NCBI GenBank assembly: GCA_014859065.1
Contig: JACUUU010000001.1
Location: forward strand, 1-52,613
Direction of reading: 5' to 3'
DNA length: 52,613 bases
DNA from: Anaerolineales bacterium
GTDB taxonomy: Bacteria; Chloroflexota; Anaerolineae; Anaerolineales; UBA4823
The first letter of the stretch is position 1; each line of letters begins with the position of its first letter. Below the pieces are notes generated by a model. It had not been told where the DNA came from. It was given only the letters and a program-made list of their open reading frames with translations, and made no database searches. The position numbers and the translations under genes were made by a program. Below are positions 45,734 through 52,613 of the stretch, in pieces.

Positions 45734-48223
45734 CTAAATTTTAATCCCAAGAGTGGTGGAGGTCAATAGGTGGGGAAAAAGAGGAGTGTGTGTTTCTCTG
45801 ACCCTGCGTGATCCTTTGGGTTGGGGAGGCAAGACACCCGGCGGGGCGGCATAACCAGCGTTGCTGAAAAGCCACAGGCGTAGGGTTTCTTCGTTCACCC
45901 CAAATGGGCCCAGAACTGTGCTGGCAGCACGCAGCAGCAGCTCAGCATAACGGACGGTGTCAACACTGGCTGGGTCAGGTGAGGTGGGCAAATCCCAGGC
46001 GTGCACGCCTGGATCACCCCGCGTGTAGAGAAAGCGGACGTACTGACCGGGGCTGATGGTTTTGCCGGCTGCCACCAGCTGTGCTACCGCGCGCGCTACA
46101 GGTGAGGGTGTGCGGTATTCATCCAGTACGCGGCTGAGTTTTTGGGTGACCAGCAGGTCCTCCAGGGGGAGGTGACCGGCGCGCAGAGCTGCCAAGCGGC
46201 GGCGCAGCAGCGACAATGCTCTGGGCAGGATAGACGCCTCCTGTTCAGGGGTATGCGCATGTGCCAATTCCTGCAATAACTCCAGCTGGGTGTGAATGAT
46301 GAAGGGCGGGGTATCGTGGCGGCGAGCCTCGATCCCCCGATATTTAAGTGACCCATCCTGGAAAACGCCAAAGTAGCGATTAGCGACCGGCACGCGCTGG
46401 TTAGAACGAGAGGGAAGGAAAGCCACCCAGCGATAAATACCTTCCAGGGCCACCGGCAAGCCAGTGCGGTTCATAATCTCGTCCAGCAGAGGCTGAACAG
46501 CGGAGACGGTCGAGGCGCCGGGTTTGTGCACCCACATACCGTCAACGTACAGGTGCAGCACGGTGAAACCCTGGTCTTCAGCAGCCTCTTTGGCGCGCAG
46601 CAGTGCCTCGCGCCCATAGGCAGTGACCGCCTCGTGAGCTTCGATACGTCCAAAGCGGGCATTCTTATATCCCAGGTAGCCGAAGCAGGTTACCAGCAGC
46701 CATTTGTGGGCTGATGTGCGCGCTTTATAAGCCTTGCGCTTAGGATGCCAGGGAGGCTGGCTGGTCAGGCGCAATTTAAGGGATAGCCGTTTCTCCAGCA
46801 AAGGGGAAAGTGTCTGGGGCACCAAGCCGGGTTGGGCGGGTGGTCCGGGCAAATCCAGCTCTTGCGCAGCCTGGGTGATAGCCTCGGAAGTGCCTACAGT
46901 TTCGGGGGAGATGTTAAAGCGCGCCATGATTCCAGGGTACATGGAGACAAAGTCAATCTCGGCCACGTCGCGGTGTAAGCCAATGATGGGATGGTAAACC
47001 AGGCCGCCCTGATCGGCGTGCAGCAAATCCAGCGCGCTCTTGGGACGTTCAGACTGCTGTTTGTGCCATGGGATCAAAATGCCCTGACGCAGGGCAGTGA
47101 GCATCTGCATGGACGAGATGCCCGTGCCAGGCGAGACCCGAGCGGCGGTTTGCAGCGGCAAGCCGGTGACGCGCGCCATCTCTTGAGCGCCTTCTATACC
47201 GTAGTCGTGAAACAAGATGGCATTGTAGCGGTCGATATGCCAGCGACCGAAGAGGTGAACCTGCCGACCCTGATGGATAATTTGACCGTAAGAAAAATAG
47301 GTATGCTCGCGCCGTTCATCTACACCCCGGTTGGGTTCCCGGTTGAGAGGTAAGGTGATGTGCAAGCGTTGGGCTAATTCAAGCAGGTGTGGCAACAACC
47401 AGGTGTCGCCCCAGGATGTGAGCAGCAAGTCAGGATCGTGCCGGTTCAGGATAGCGCACAGCCCTAGCAAGAGAGGTCGAGTCGGTTGTAGAGACAGGCG
47501 GTAGTCAAAGCGACCACAGCGGATAGTCAGATGTGAGGGTGGTGCGTGCTCTGGGTCACAATTCGGAGCGATGGTTATCACCCGTAAAGGTGGGATGATG
47601 GGGTCCAAGTCCCAGGGGGAGTCGAGTGGGGTAACATTCTCAATGCGGTTGTTTATGCTGGTGGTGAAGCGGCAGTAAGCCAGGGGGAAAACGTGGTGGG
47701 CTGCAGCGTAGCGCAACGCCAGGTGAACGTCAGCATCGTAATAAGTCAAGTCAGGGAATTGATGAGCAGTCTGTTGGAACAGCCGCGGTTGAGCGGCAGG
47801 TTGGTTGACCTGTACAGCCAGCACGGTCAGCGGCTGCTGACAGAAGAGATCGCGGCGTTCTACCCAATCCAGGTTAACGGGAATGGGTTGGTTCTCCAGT
47901 CGCTTTTGCAGGGCGCGCAGACGTGCAGTTGGGCCAGCTGCGTAGAAAGTGACCGGAAAAGGCTGGCACAAGCGGCGGCGGACACCATCCTCACCCAACA
48001 ACCAGAGCACCACCCCGTGCGGGGATGCCATTGAGGGAACGTGCTCTCCTTGATTGGAGCGACTCTGTGAGGCAAACACGTCGAGCACCCAGCCAGTATA
48101 TTCCACCGAAGGCACCTTATCCACCGGATGAATTTTATGCGCCTGATGTGCTTTATCCACCAGAATCAATCTGTGCGCTCTGCTCATCCCCATGCGCGGG
48201 AGGCAATCGATCCACCTGTTCAT
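45734..48223 (-). CDS. Family-B DNA polymerase, Pol-epsilon-like motifs, proofreading site lost
   Basis: Motif A EIDFVSMYPGIM, motif B KWLLVTCFGYLGYKNARF and motif C LHLYVDGMWV. The ExoI position reads VITIAP (no DxE). The start is uncertain (ATG 48223, 48193 or 48187, or GTG 48160), and all candidates overlap the upstream gene. Confidence 0.85.
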   Translation of the reverse strand: MNRWIDCLPRMGMSRAHRLILVDKAHQAHKIHPVDKVPSVEYTGWVLDVFASQSRSNQGEHVPSMASPHGVVLWLLGEDGVRRRLCQPFPVTFYAAGPTARLRALQKRLENQPIPVNLDWVERRDLFCQQPLTVLAVQVNQPAAQPRLFQQTAHQFPDLTYYDADVHLALRYAAAHHVFPLAYCRFTTSINNRIENVTPLDSPWDLDPIIPPLRVITIAPNCDPEHAPPSHLTIRCGRFDYRLSLQPTRPLLLGLCAILNRHDPDLLLTSWGDTWLLPHLLELAQRLHITLPLNREPNRGVDERREHTYFSYGQIIHQGRQVHLFGRWHIDRYNAILFHDYGIEGAQEMARVTGLPLQTAARVSPGTGISSMQMLTALRQGILIPWHKQQSERPKSALDLLHADQGGLVYHPIIGLHRDVAEIDFVSMYPGIMARFNISPETVGTSEAITQAAQELDLPGPPAQPGLVPQTLSPLLEKRLSLKLRLTSQPPWHPKRKAYKARTSAHKWLLVTCFGYLGYKNARFGRIEAHEAVTAYGREALLRAKEAAEDQGFTVLHLYVDGMWVHKPGASTVSAVQPLLDEIMNRTGLPVALEGIYRWVAFLPSRSNQRVPVANRYFGVFQDGSLKYRGIEARRHDTPPFIIHTQLELLQELAHAHTPEQEASILPRALSLLRRRLAALRAGHLPLEDLLVTQKLSRVLDEYRTPSPVARAVAQLVAAGKTISPGQYVRFLYTRGDPGVHAWDLPTSPDPASVDTVRYAELLLRAASTVLGPFGVNEETLRLWLFSNAGYAAPPGVLPPQPKGSRRVRETHTPLFPHLLTSTTLGIKI

Positions 48224-48479
48224 GGCAGCTCTGCAGGTCTTCTACCAGCTGGCGCAGCCGCACGACCTCCTTGTGTTCCTCAAGCAGCATAGCCAGTAGA
48301 AAAGTCTCCAGCGGCAGGGCATGGGTGGCGTAGGCAGCTGCGGCCAGGTGTTGGCGGGCAGCGGAGAACAGGTCGTCCAGGGCCAGCTGGTCGCCGCGCC
48401 GCAATGCCCTGCGGAAGCGTGCGAACGCTTCTTGTTGTTGTAAGAAGGCTTGGGTAATAGAAGGCAGCGTTCGTCCCAT
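48153..48479 (-). CDS. Hypothetical small helical protein (108 aa)
   Basis: GGAGGAG RBS 5 nt upstream of ATG 48479. Predicted all-helical and Ala/Leu/Gln-rich. The TAA stop (48153-48155) lies inside the polymerase ORF. Confidence 0.55.
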   Translation of the reverse strand: MGRTLPSITQAFLQQQEAFARFRRALRRGDQLALDDLFSAARQHLAAAAYATHALPLETFLLAMLLEEHKEVVRLRQLVEDLQSCHEQVDRLPPAHGDEQSAQIDSGG

Positions 48480-48500
48480 AAAAATCTCCTCCAATCAAGT

Positions 48501-49097
48501 TCACAGCAGGCGGGGCTGCGATGGGGGCACATGCGTTTCCAGCGTCCACACCTGACCAGCCGCGGCCTGTAAGGTCTTGAGCAGTTCTGGGCGGTGAGTG
48601 AGCGCTTCTGGTCGGGCGCTGACAGCTACCGGCGCAAGGTGGTTCAGCCGACGCAGTTGGGCAATGCAGGTCTGCAGCAGCTGCAAGCTTTCTCTGGCTG
48701 CCACACTTTCGTCATGGAAGGTGGACAGCAAGTCCAGAACGATGGTTGGGAGTGCTTGGGCTTCCGTCTCTCTCAGCAGGCTTTCCACCTGGTAGCAGGT
48801 GAAGGCGCGTGCCAGCTGGATACGCTCAAGGATAACGGGCAGTTCAGCTGTCTGGTCGCCTAAGGCGCGAGCGATGGCGGTGTTGCAGCGGTAAACGTCA
48901 AAACGGTTGCCGCCATCCAGCAGGAGCAATCGCCCGCGAAGCGCCAGGCGGGCTATGATCTCTATCATGAGCGCGCCGCCAGCATGGGGCGCTATCACTA
49001 AAAAGAAGGGGTGGGTGTGCTCAAGAGCTGTCAGGCTGATCCCATTCCTGGAAACCAGCCTATTTTCAACAGGAGGTGTGTTTGAAGGTATGTTCAC
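48501..49097 (-). CDS. Hypothetical protein, possible P-loop-less RecA/KaiC/ImuA-like fold
   Basis: The beta-strand/helix pattern resembles RecA-superfamily cores: FFLVIAPHAGGALMIEII sits where a Walker A would be (no GKT/S), and PTIVLDLLSTFHDE is a Walker-B-like strand. GTG start with no obvious RBS. Confidence 0.5.
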   Translation of the reverse strand: MNIPSNTPPVENRLVSRNGISLTALEHTHPFFLVIAPHAGGALMIEIIARLALRGRLLLLDGGNRFDVYRCNTAIARALGDQTAELPVILERIQLARAFTCYQVESLLRETEAQALPTIVLDLLSTFHDESVAARESLQLLQTCIAQLRRLNHLAPVAVSARPEALTHRPELLKTLQAAAGQVWTLETHVPPSQPRLL

Positions 49098-49193
49098 ACC
49101 CCAAACTTAGCGCAAATGGACGTCGAGTGCAATCCCTAAGTGGGGGGAAAACCGGAAGAAAATGGGGGTAACCCGCGCGGGGGATAATCAGTA

Positions 49194-50408
49194 TCAGGTC
49201 ACCACTCGCAGGAAACGGCGTTTGCCAGCCTGGAGTATTCCGGGATGTGGGAAGGGTTGATTAGGATCTTTCAGGGTCTCGCCATCCAGGCGCACCCCAT
49301 TCTGGGCAATCAGTCGCCGACCTTCACCGCGACTGCTGATCAGTCCACCCGATTCGAGAACATCCAATACGGTCTGCCCGGGAAGTAAATGATATTCACC
49401 CATTTCTTCGGGCACATCGCCTCGCTGGAAGACCCTCACGAAATTAGACTGGGCTTGGTTAGCTGCTTGATCACCATGGAAGATATCGACGATTTCATAG
49501 GCAAGTTTCATCTTCAAGTCACGCGGGTGCAACAATCCGGCATCCAAATTGTGTTCCAGTTCAGCGATCTCTCCGACAGACCAGCGTGTAACCAGGCGGC
49601 AGTAATCCCCCATCGCCTGGTCTGGGAGGCTCATCACTTTGCCGTACATATCGTCGGGTGAAGCCAGGATGGGGATATGGTTGCCCAGCGACTTGCTCAT
49701 GCGGATAACGCCATCAGTTCCTGGGAGGATACCCATGATGATGGCTATATTGGGTTTCTTGCCCAAGAAGGTCATCAACTTACGGGCGGCAGTGACAATG
49801 TTAAAGAGCTGGTCAGTCCCGCCGACTTGAACATCGGTGTTCAGGGCAAAGGCGTCATAACCCTGCATCAGCGCGTAGAAAGTCTCGTGTAGATAAACGG
49901 CATCTCCTTGCTCAAAGCGCAGTTTGAAATTATCTCGAGTGAGGAACTGCTGGATGGTGAAGTTAGAGGCCATTTTAATCAGATCGGCGAAGTCCAACTG
50001 TGAAAGCCATTCGTGGTTGAAGCGGACAATGGTCTTATTGCGATCCAGGATTTTGAATGCTTGTTCGGCGTAAGTACGAGCGTTATGTTCAACCTCGTCA
50101 AAGGTCAGTTGTGGGCGTAATTGGTCTTGATCTGAAGGGTCACCGATCAAGGATGTGTAAGTACCGATTAAAAAAACGACCTCATGTCCCAGGTCTTGAA
50201 ACTGGCGTAACTTTCTCATTGTGATGGTGTGACCCAGATGCAGGTCGGTGGTGCGGGGGTCGTAACCGCAGTAGACTCGCAGAGAACGGCCTTCTTGGTG
50301 AGCCTCGATTAATCGCTGCCGCAGCTCGTCAGCCATTGCCTGCTGAAGTGTTTCGTCCCCATATTCGGTTCCCTGCATCAGGGTTGTAACTTGTTCGTCG
50401 ATGTTCAT
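49194..50408 (-). CDS. tyrS: Tyrosyl-tRNA synthetase
   Basis: HIGH-type motif DLHLGH, KMSKS-type motif RMSKS, and a C-terminal S4-like domain (GLISSRGEGRRLIAQNGVRLDG). Confidence 0.95.
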   Translation of the reverse strand: MNIDEQVTTLMQGTEYGDETLQQAMADELRQRLIEAHQEGRSLRVYCGYDPRTTDLHLGHTITMRKLRQFQDLGHEVVFLIGTYTSLIGDPSDQDQLRPQLTFDEVEHNARTYAEQAFKILDRNKTIVRFNHEWLSQLDFADLIKMASNFTIQQFLTRDNFKLRFEQGDAVYLHETFYALMQGYDAFALNTDVQVGGTDQLFNIVTAARKLMTFLGKKPNIAIIMGILPGTDGVIRMSKSLGNHIPILASPDDMYGKVMSLPDQAMGDYCRLVTRWSVGEIAELEHNLDAGLLHPRDLKMKLAYEIVDIFHGDQAANQAQSNFVRVFQRGDVPEEMGEYHLLPGQTVLDVLESGGLISSRGEGRRLIAQNGVRLDGETLKDPNQPFPHPGILQAGKRRFLRVVT

Positions 50409-50512
50409 TAATTTCTCCTCGATGTAATTGATGTGTGCAGAAGATCAATTCTTGTGTCAGTTAGAATCAGCATGCTCTATTGTGGAGTAAAACTCCGATA
50501 AAAAAATCGCTA

Positions 50513-50544
50513 CAACCAAAACGCCCCCTCTGCGGAGAGGGCGT
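50513..50544 (-). terminator. Rho-independent terminator after the 179-aa membrane-protein gene
   Basis: ACGCCCCCTC-TGCG-GAGAGGGCGT (50521-50544), a 10-bp stem with one mismatch. On the minus strand it is followed by TTTGGTTG. Confidence 0.6.
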
Positions 50545-50566
50545 AAGATGCTCACCGCAGATATTT

Positions 50567-51106
50567 TTATTGGCGAGTGTAATAATAAACGTTTCCCTTT
50601 TGATCAGCGTTTCCCTGGCTCGATTTGGGAGCTGGTTTCAGGTTTGCCTGAGAGATGATCTGCTCTAATATGTATTTTCCTTCAGGAAAGCCCATGCGGC
50701 CTTTCACTTCACCCTGAAATTTTACTTCACCTAAGGTACGAAATTGAAAGTGAGCCTGGTCACTGATTACATGAACTTTATTGCCCCAATTTGATGGTAA
50801 CACTTTAACCTGCTTAATATCAGCCCACCTCAGATGAAGATTACGGAGACCGTTACGGAAGGCAATCCCAGCTGCACTCAAGTGGATCACAGTCTGTCGA
50901 TCCATCCAATTACCCAGGCTGATGCTCAAGGAAGCGAACAGTAAAATGAGTGCCAATAGTGGTACAGCAAAGGGGATGCGTTGATCGGCTTGAGATAAAA
51001 TAATCCAAGCCAGGGTTACTAAAACTGTCGATGACCAGGCTAGAAGCTCACCTCTGCGAGATACCAATTCAGGAGTAAACTCATTCATGTCTTTGGTTGT
51101 GTCCAT
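50567..51106 (-). CDS. Membrane protein with two TM helices and a PH-like (YdbS/bPH-like) C-terminal domain
   Basis: TM helices LLAWSSTVLVTLAWIILS and FAVPLLALILLFASLSISL, then the soluble segment IAFRNGLRNLHLRWADIKQVKV. The family assignment is tentative. Confidence 0.6.
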   Translation of the reverse strand: MDTTKDMNEFTPELVSRRGELLAWSSTVLVTLAWIILSQADQRIPFAVPLLALILLFASLSISLGNWMDRQTVIHLSAAGIAFRNGLRNLHLRWADIKQVKVLPSNWGNKVHVISDQAHFQFRTLGEVKFQGEVKGRMGFPEGKYILEQIISQANLKPAPKSSQGNADQKGNVYYYTRQ

Positions 51107-51237
51107 AATAGAATTATAAATTAATTCGTCCAGATGGAAATGGAGATTAATATAAGGAATCTGTTTGAAGGAGTAGATCAGTAAACCAACTACATTTTTT
51201 CCATCCCATGCTATAATTCTTGGGGTATGGAGGTAGT

Positions 51238-51741
51238 ATGTACGAACCGGTTTTGGTGCTTAACGCCAATTTCGAGCCACTCAATGTATGTAATACCCGC
51301 CGTGCCATTGGTTTGGTCTTGACCGGTAAGGCTAACCTGGTGTTGAACGGACGTGGTGAGATCAAAACTGTCAAGAGGTCTTTTCCCCGTCCCTCTATTA
51401 TTCGCCTGGAAAGGATGATCAAGAGGCCGCGCCCAACCGTCAAATTGAACAAGCGTGAGGTTTTACGCCGTGATAACTATACATGTCAGTATTGTGGGAA
51501 TCGCTTGAGTCAGCTCACCATTGACCATGTTGTTCCCCGAAGATTGGGGGGCAGGCATGTGTGGGAAAACCTGGTAGCTGCCTGTCCATCTTGCAATCAC
51601 CGGAAGGGTGGTAGGACAATCGAGCAAGCTCAGATGCGTTTATTGCATCACCCTTCTGAACCACCTTCATCAGCACACTATCTTTTCGCGCGACATTTAG
51701 ATGAAAACGCTGATTGGGTCCCATTTATTGAAGGTTGGTAA
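51238..51741 (+). CDS. HNH endonuclease family protein
   Basis: CQYCGNRLSQLTIDHVVPRRLGGRHVWENLVAACPSCNHRKG (CxxC...H-N-H...CxxC). GGAGG RBS at 51228-51232. TATAAT at 51212-51217. Confidence 0.9.
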   Translation: MYEPVLVLNANFEPLNVCNTRRAIGLVLTGKANLVLNGRGEIKTVKRSFPRPSIIRLERMIKRPRPTVKLNKREVLRRDNYTCQYCGNRLSQLTIDHVVPRRLGGRHVWENLVAACPSCNHRKGGRTIEQAQMRLLHHPSEPPSSAHYLFARHLDENADWVPFIEGW

Positions 51742-51771
51742 TCACCCTGATTATTGAATTGAATCGAGTAC

Positions 51772-51824
51772 ATCTCAGCAGGTAAAAGGGTGAAATTTTG
51801 TCGTGTGTTTGCCTGTACTGAGAT
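51772..51824. terminator. Interrupted hairpin between convergent genes; possible bidirectional terminator
   Basis: ATCTCAGCAGG (51772-51782) pairs with CCTG-TA-CTGAGAT (51812-51824). The loop is 29 nt, and no clean T-run follows. Confidence 0.3.
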
Positions 51825-51860
51825 TGTTCTAATGATAAAGACAGCCTTAATCCAGCAGAC

Positions 51861-52607
51861 TTAGAAATCCAAATCCATCAAATCCTTCGCTAAAGCAACC
51901 CGCCCGTTGAATGTCTTAGAGGCTTCTGAAACCAGCCCCTGTGTTCCATGAGGTCCAGAGGGATAGTGGATCAAATAAAGCGTTTTAGCATCTGCCTCTG
52001 ATGCAATTTTTCCAGCCTGGGATGCGGAAGAATGACCCATCGAGTTACCAGCAGCTTCATGGATTAATATATCTGCACCTTTAGCAAGTAGTACCAATTC
52101 CGGACAGGGCTCCGTATCGCTGGAATAACTAAGCACCTTCTCAGATTTGGTAAATTCTATGCGTAAGCCTATGTTGGGGATGATATGGCGCACTGGAGAG
52201 GCAAAAACCTTCCACTCATCACCTTTGAAAACCGGCATCATCTCCTGCTCAGGAATTCTATATAAATCTACCTGGAAGAAATTTGGCCATTGGGACCAAG
52301 AATGAAGTTCCATCATCTTCTCAAACCGGTCGATCGTGTAGTCAAGACCATAAATATTCAGCGCTCGTTGACGACCTAGCAACCACATGTTCATCAAGAA
52401 TAGTGGTACACCTGATACATGGTCGGGGTGGAAATGGGTCAAAACCAGATCTGTGACATCTTCAAACCCGATGTTGAGCTGGTCCAGACGGATTAGTGGG
52501 TTGCTGCCGCAATCGATCAGCATAGTGCAGTTTTCGCCTACTACGACCAGATGGGTGTTGTCATGATCTTTCTGGGGGATAGCGTTGGAAGACCCAAGTA
52601 CAATCAC
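51861..52607 (-). CDS. MBL-fold metallo-hydrolase (RNase Z/beta-lactamase superfamily); the N-terminus may extend past the window edge
   Basis: HxHxDH motif LTHFHPDHVSG, then later HEAAG and the H of GHSS. The reading frame remains open to position 52613. Confidence 0.8.
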   Translation of the reverse strand: MIVLGSSNAIPQKDHDNTHLVVVGENCTMLIDCGSNPLIRLDQLNIGFEDVTDLVLTHFHPDHVSGVPLFLMNMWLLGRQRALNIYGLDYTIDRFEKMMELHSWSQWPNFFQVDLYRIPEQEMMPVFKGDEWKVFASPVRHIIPNIGLRIEFTKSEKVLSYSSDTEPCPELVLLAKGADILIHEAAGNSMGHSSASQAGKIASEADAKTLYLIHYPSGPHGTQGLVSEASKTFNGRVALAKDLMDLDF

Positions 52608-52613
52608 TTTTGG

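Noticed and set aside
45422-45737. Plus-strand ORFs of 88 and 62 aa
   Set aside because: They lie antisense to the FmdB zinc-ribbon gene, which has a textbook MPIYEYxCxxC signature.
46096-48549. Numerous overlapping 60-120-aa ORFs in the PolB cassette region
   Set aside because: This is the same high-GC artefact seen in dnaE. Only the ORFs with RBS or coupling signals and operon logic (198 aa, 108 aa, 829 aa) were kept.
49098-49193. SOS/LexA operator or strong promoter for the PolB cassette
   Set aside because: Only a short GACGTC-centred partial palindrome and a CCCGCGCGGG mini-palindrome are present. Neither matches a motif I can name. The question remains open and nothing is called.
50409-50566. 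T-box leader upstream of tyrS
   Set aside because: Only 158 nt are available. Part of this is the terminator of the upstream gene, and I find no T-box consensus (AANNNGGTGGTACCGCG-like) or specifier-loop architecture.
51147-51452. Minus-strand 101-aa ORF
   Set aside because: It overlaps the promoter and N-terminus of the well-supported HNH gene on the opposite strand and has no motif.
1-52613. Mobile genetic element or prophage borders
   Set aside because: I recognised no integrase, transposase, tRNA attachment site or long terminal repeats. The compositional islands lack identifiable mobility genes.

Overview
This is a gene-dense 52.6 kb bacterial chromosomal window with about 37 supportable CDS. 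I recognised no rRNA, tRNA, CRISPR array, transposase or integrase. Gene content (RRM RNA-binding protein, 1387-aa SecA, conserved HNH protein, periplasmic NXR/NAR-like molybdoenzyme) suggests a Chloroflexota-like organism, but this is inference only. Layout, left to right: (1) a 21-bp tandem repeat cut by the window edge, then a high-GC dnaE with a roughly 260-aa C-terminal extension and tandem inverted repeats in its upstream region; (2) a VWA membrane protein; (3) a minus-strand operon encoding a cysteine-free response-regulator/thioredoxin-reductase-like flavoprotein, a cNMP-binding histidine kinase fused to a CoA-binding domain, and a DUF3307 membrane protein; (4) a NarX/NarL-like two-component pair, an RRM protein and a pseudo-receiver, followed by a Tat-exported type II molybdoenzyme cluster (alpha, 84-aa ORF, beta, TorD-like chaperone, haem-b gamma, polytopic membrane protein) resembling the periplasmic nitrite-oxidoreductase/nitrate-reductase clade; (5) a housekeeping block (cupin, B12-binding mutase small subunit, MeaB, Prs, MutM, SecA, aldehyde dehydrogenase, family-5 SBP); (6) a DNA-metabolism neighbourhood. 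In that neighbourhood an AddB-like protein, a UvrD-type helicase, a Cas4/AddB-type Fe-S nuclease and a long RecJ sit on the plus strand. They are convergent with a high-GC minus-strand cassette encoding a P-loop-less RecA-fold-like protein, a small helical protein and an exonuclease-dead Pol-epsilon-like family-B polymerase, followed by an FmdB zinc ribbon. (7) The window ends with tyrS, a PH-like membrane protein, an HNH endonuclease and an MBL-fold hydrolase. My best candidate for an undescribed system is the PolB cassette (45.7-49.1 kb), possibly working with the adjacent split AddAB-like/RecJ operon. All functional calls rest on motif recognition by eye; no searches were run.
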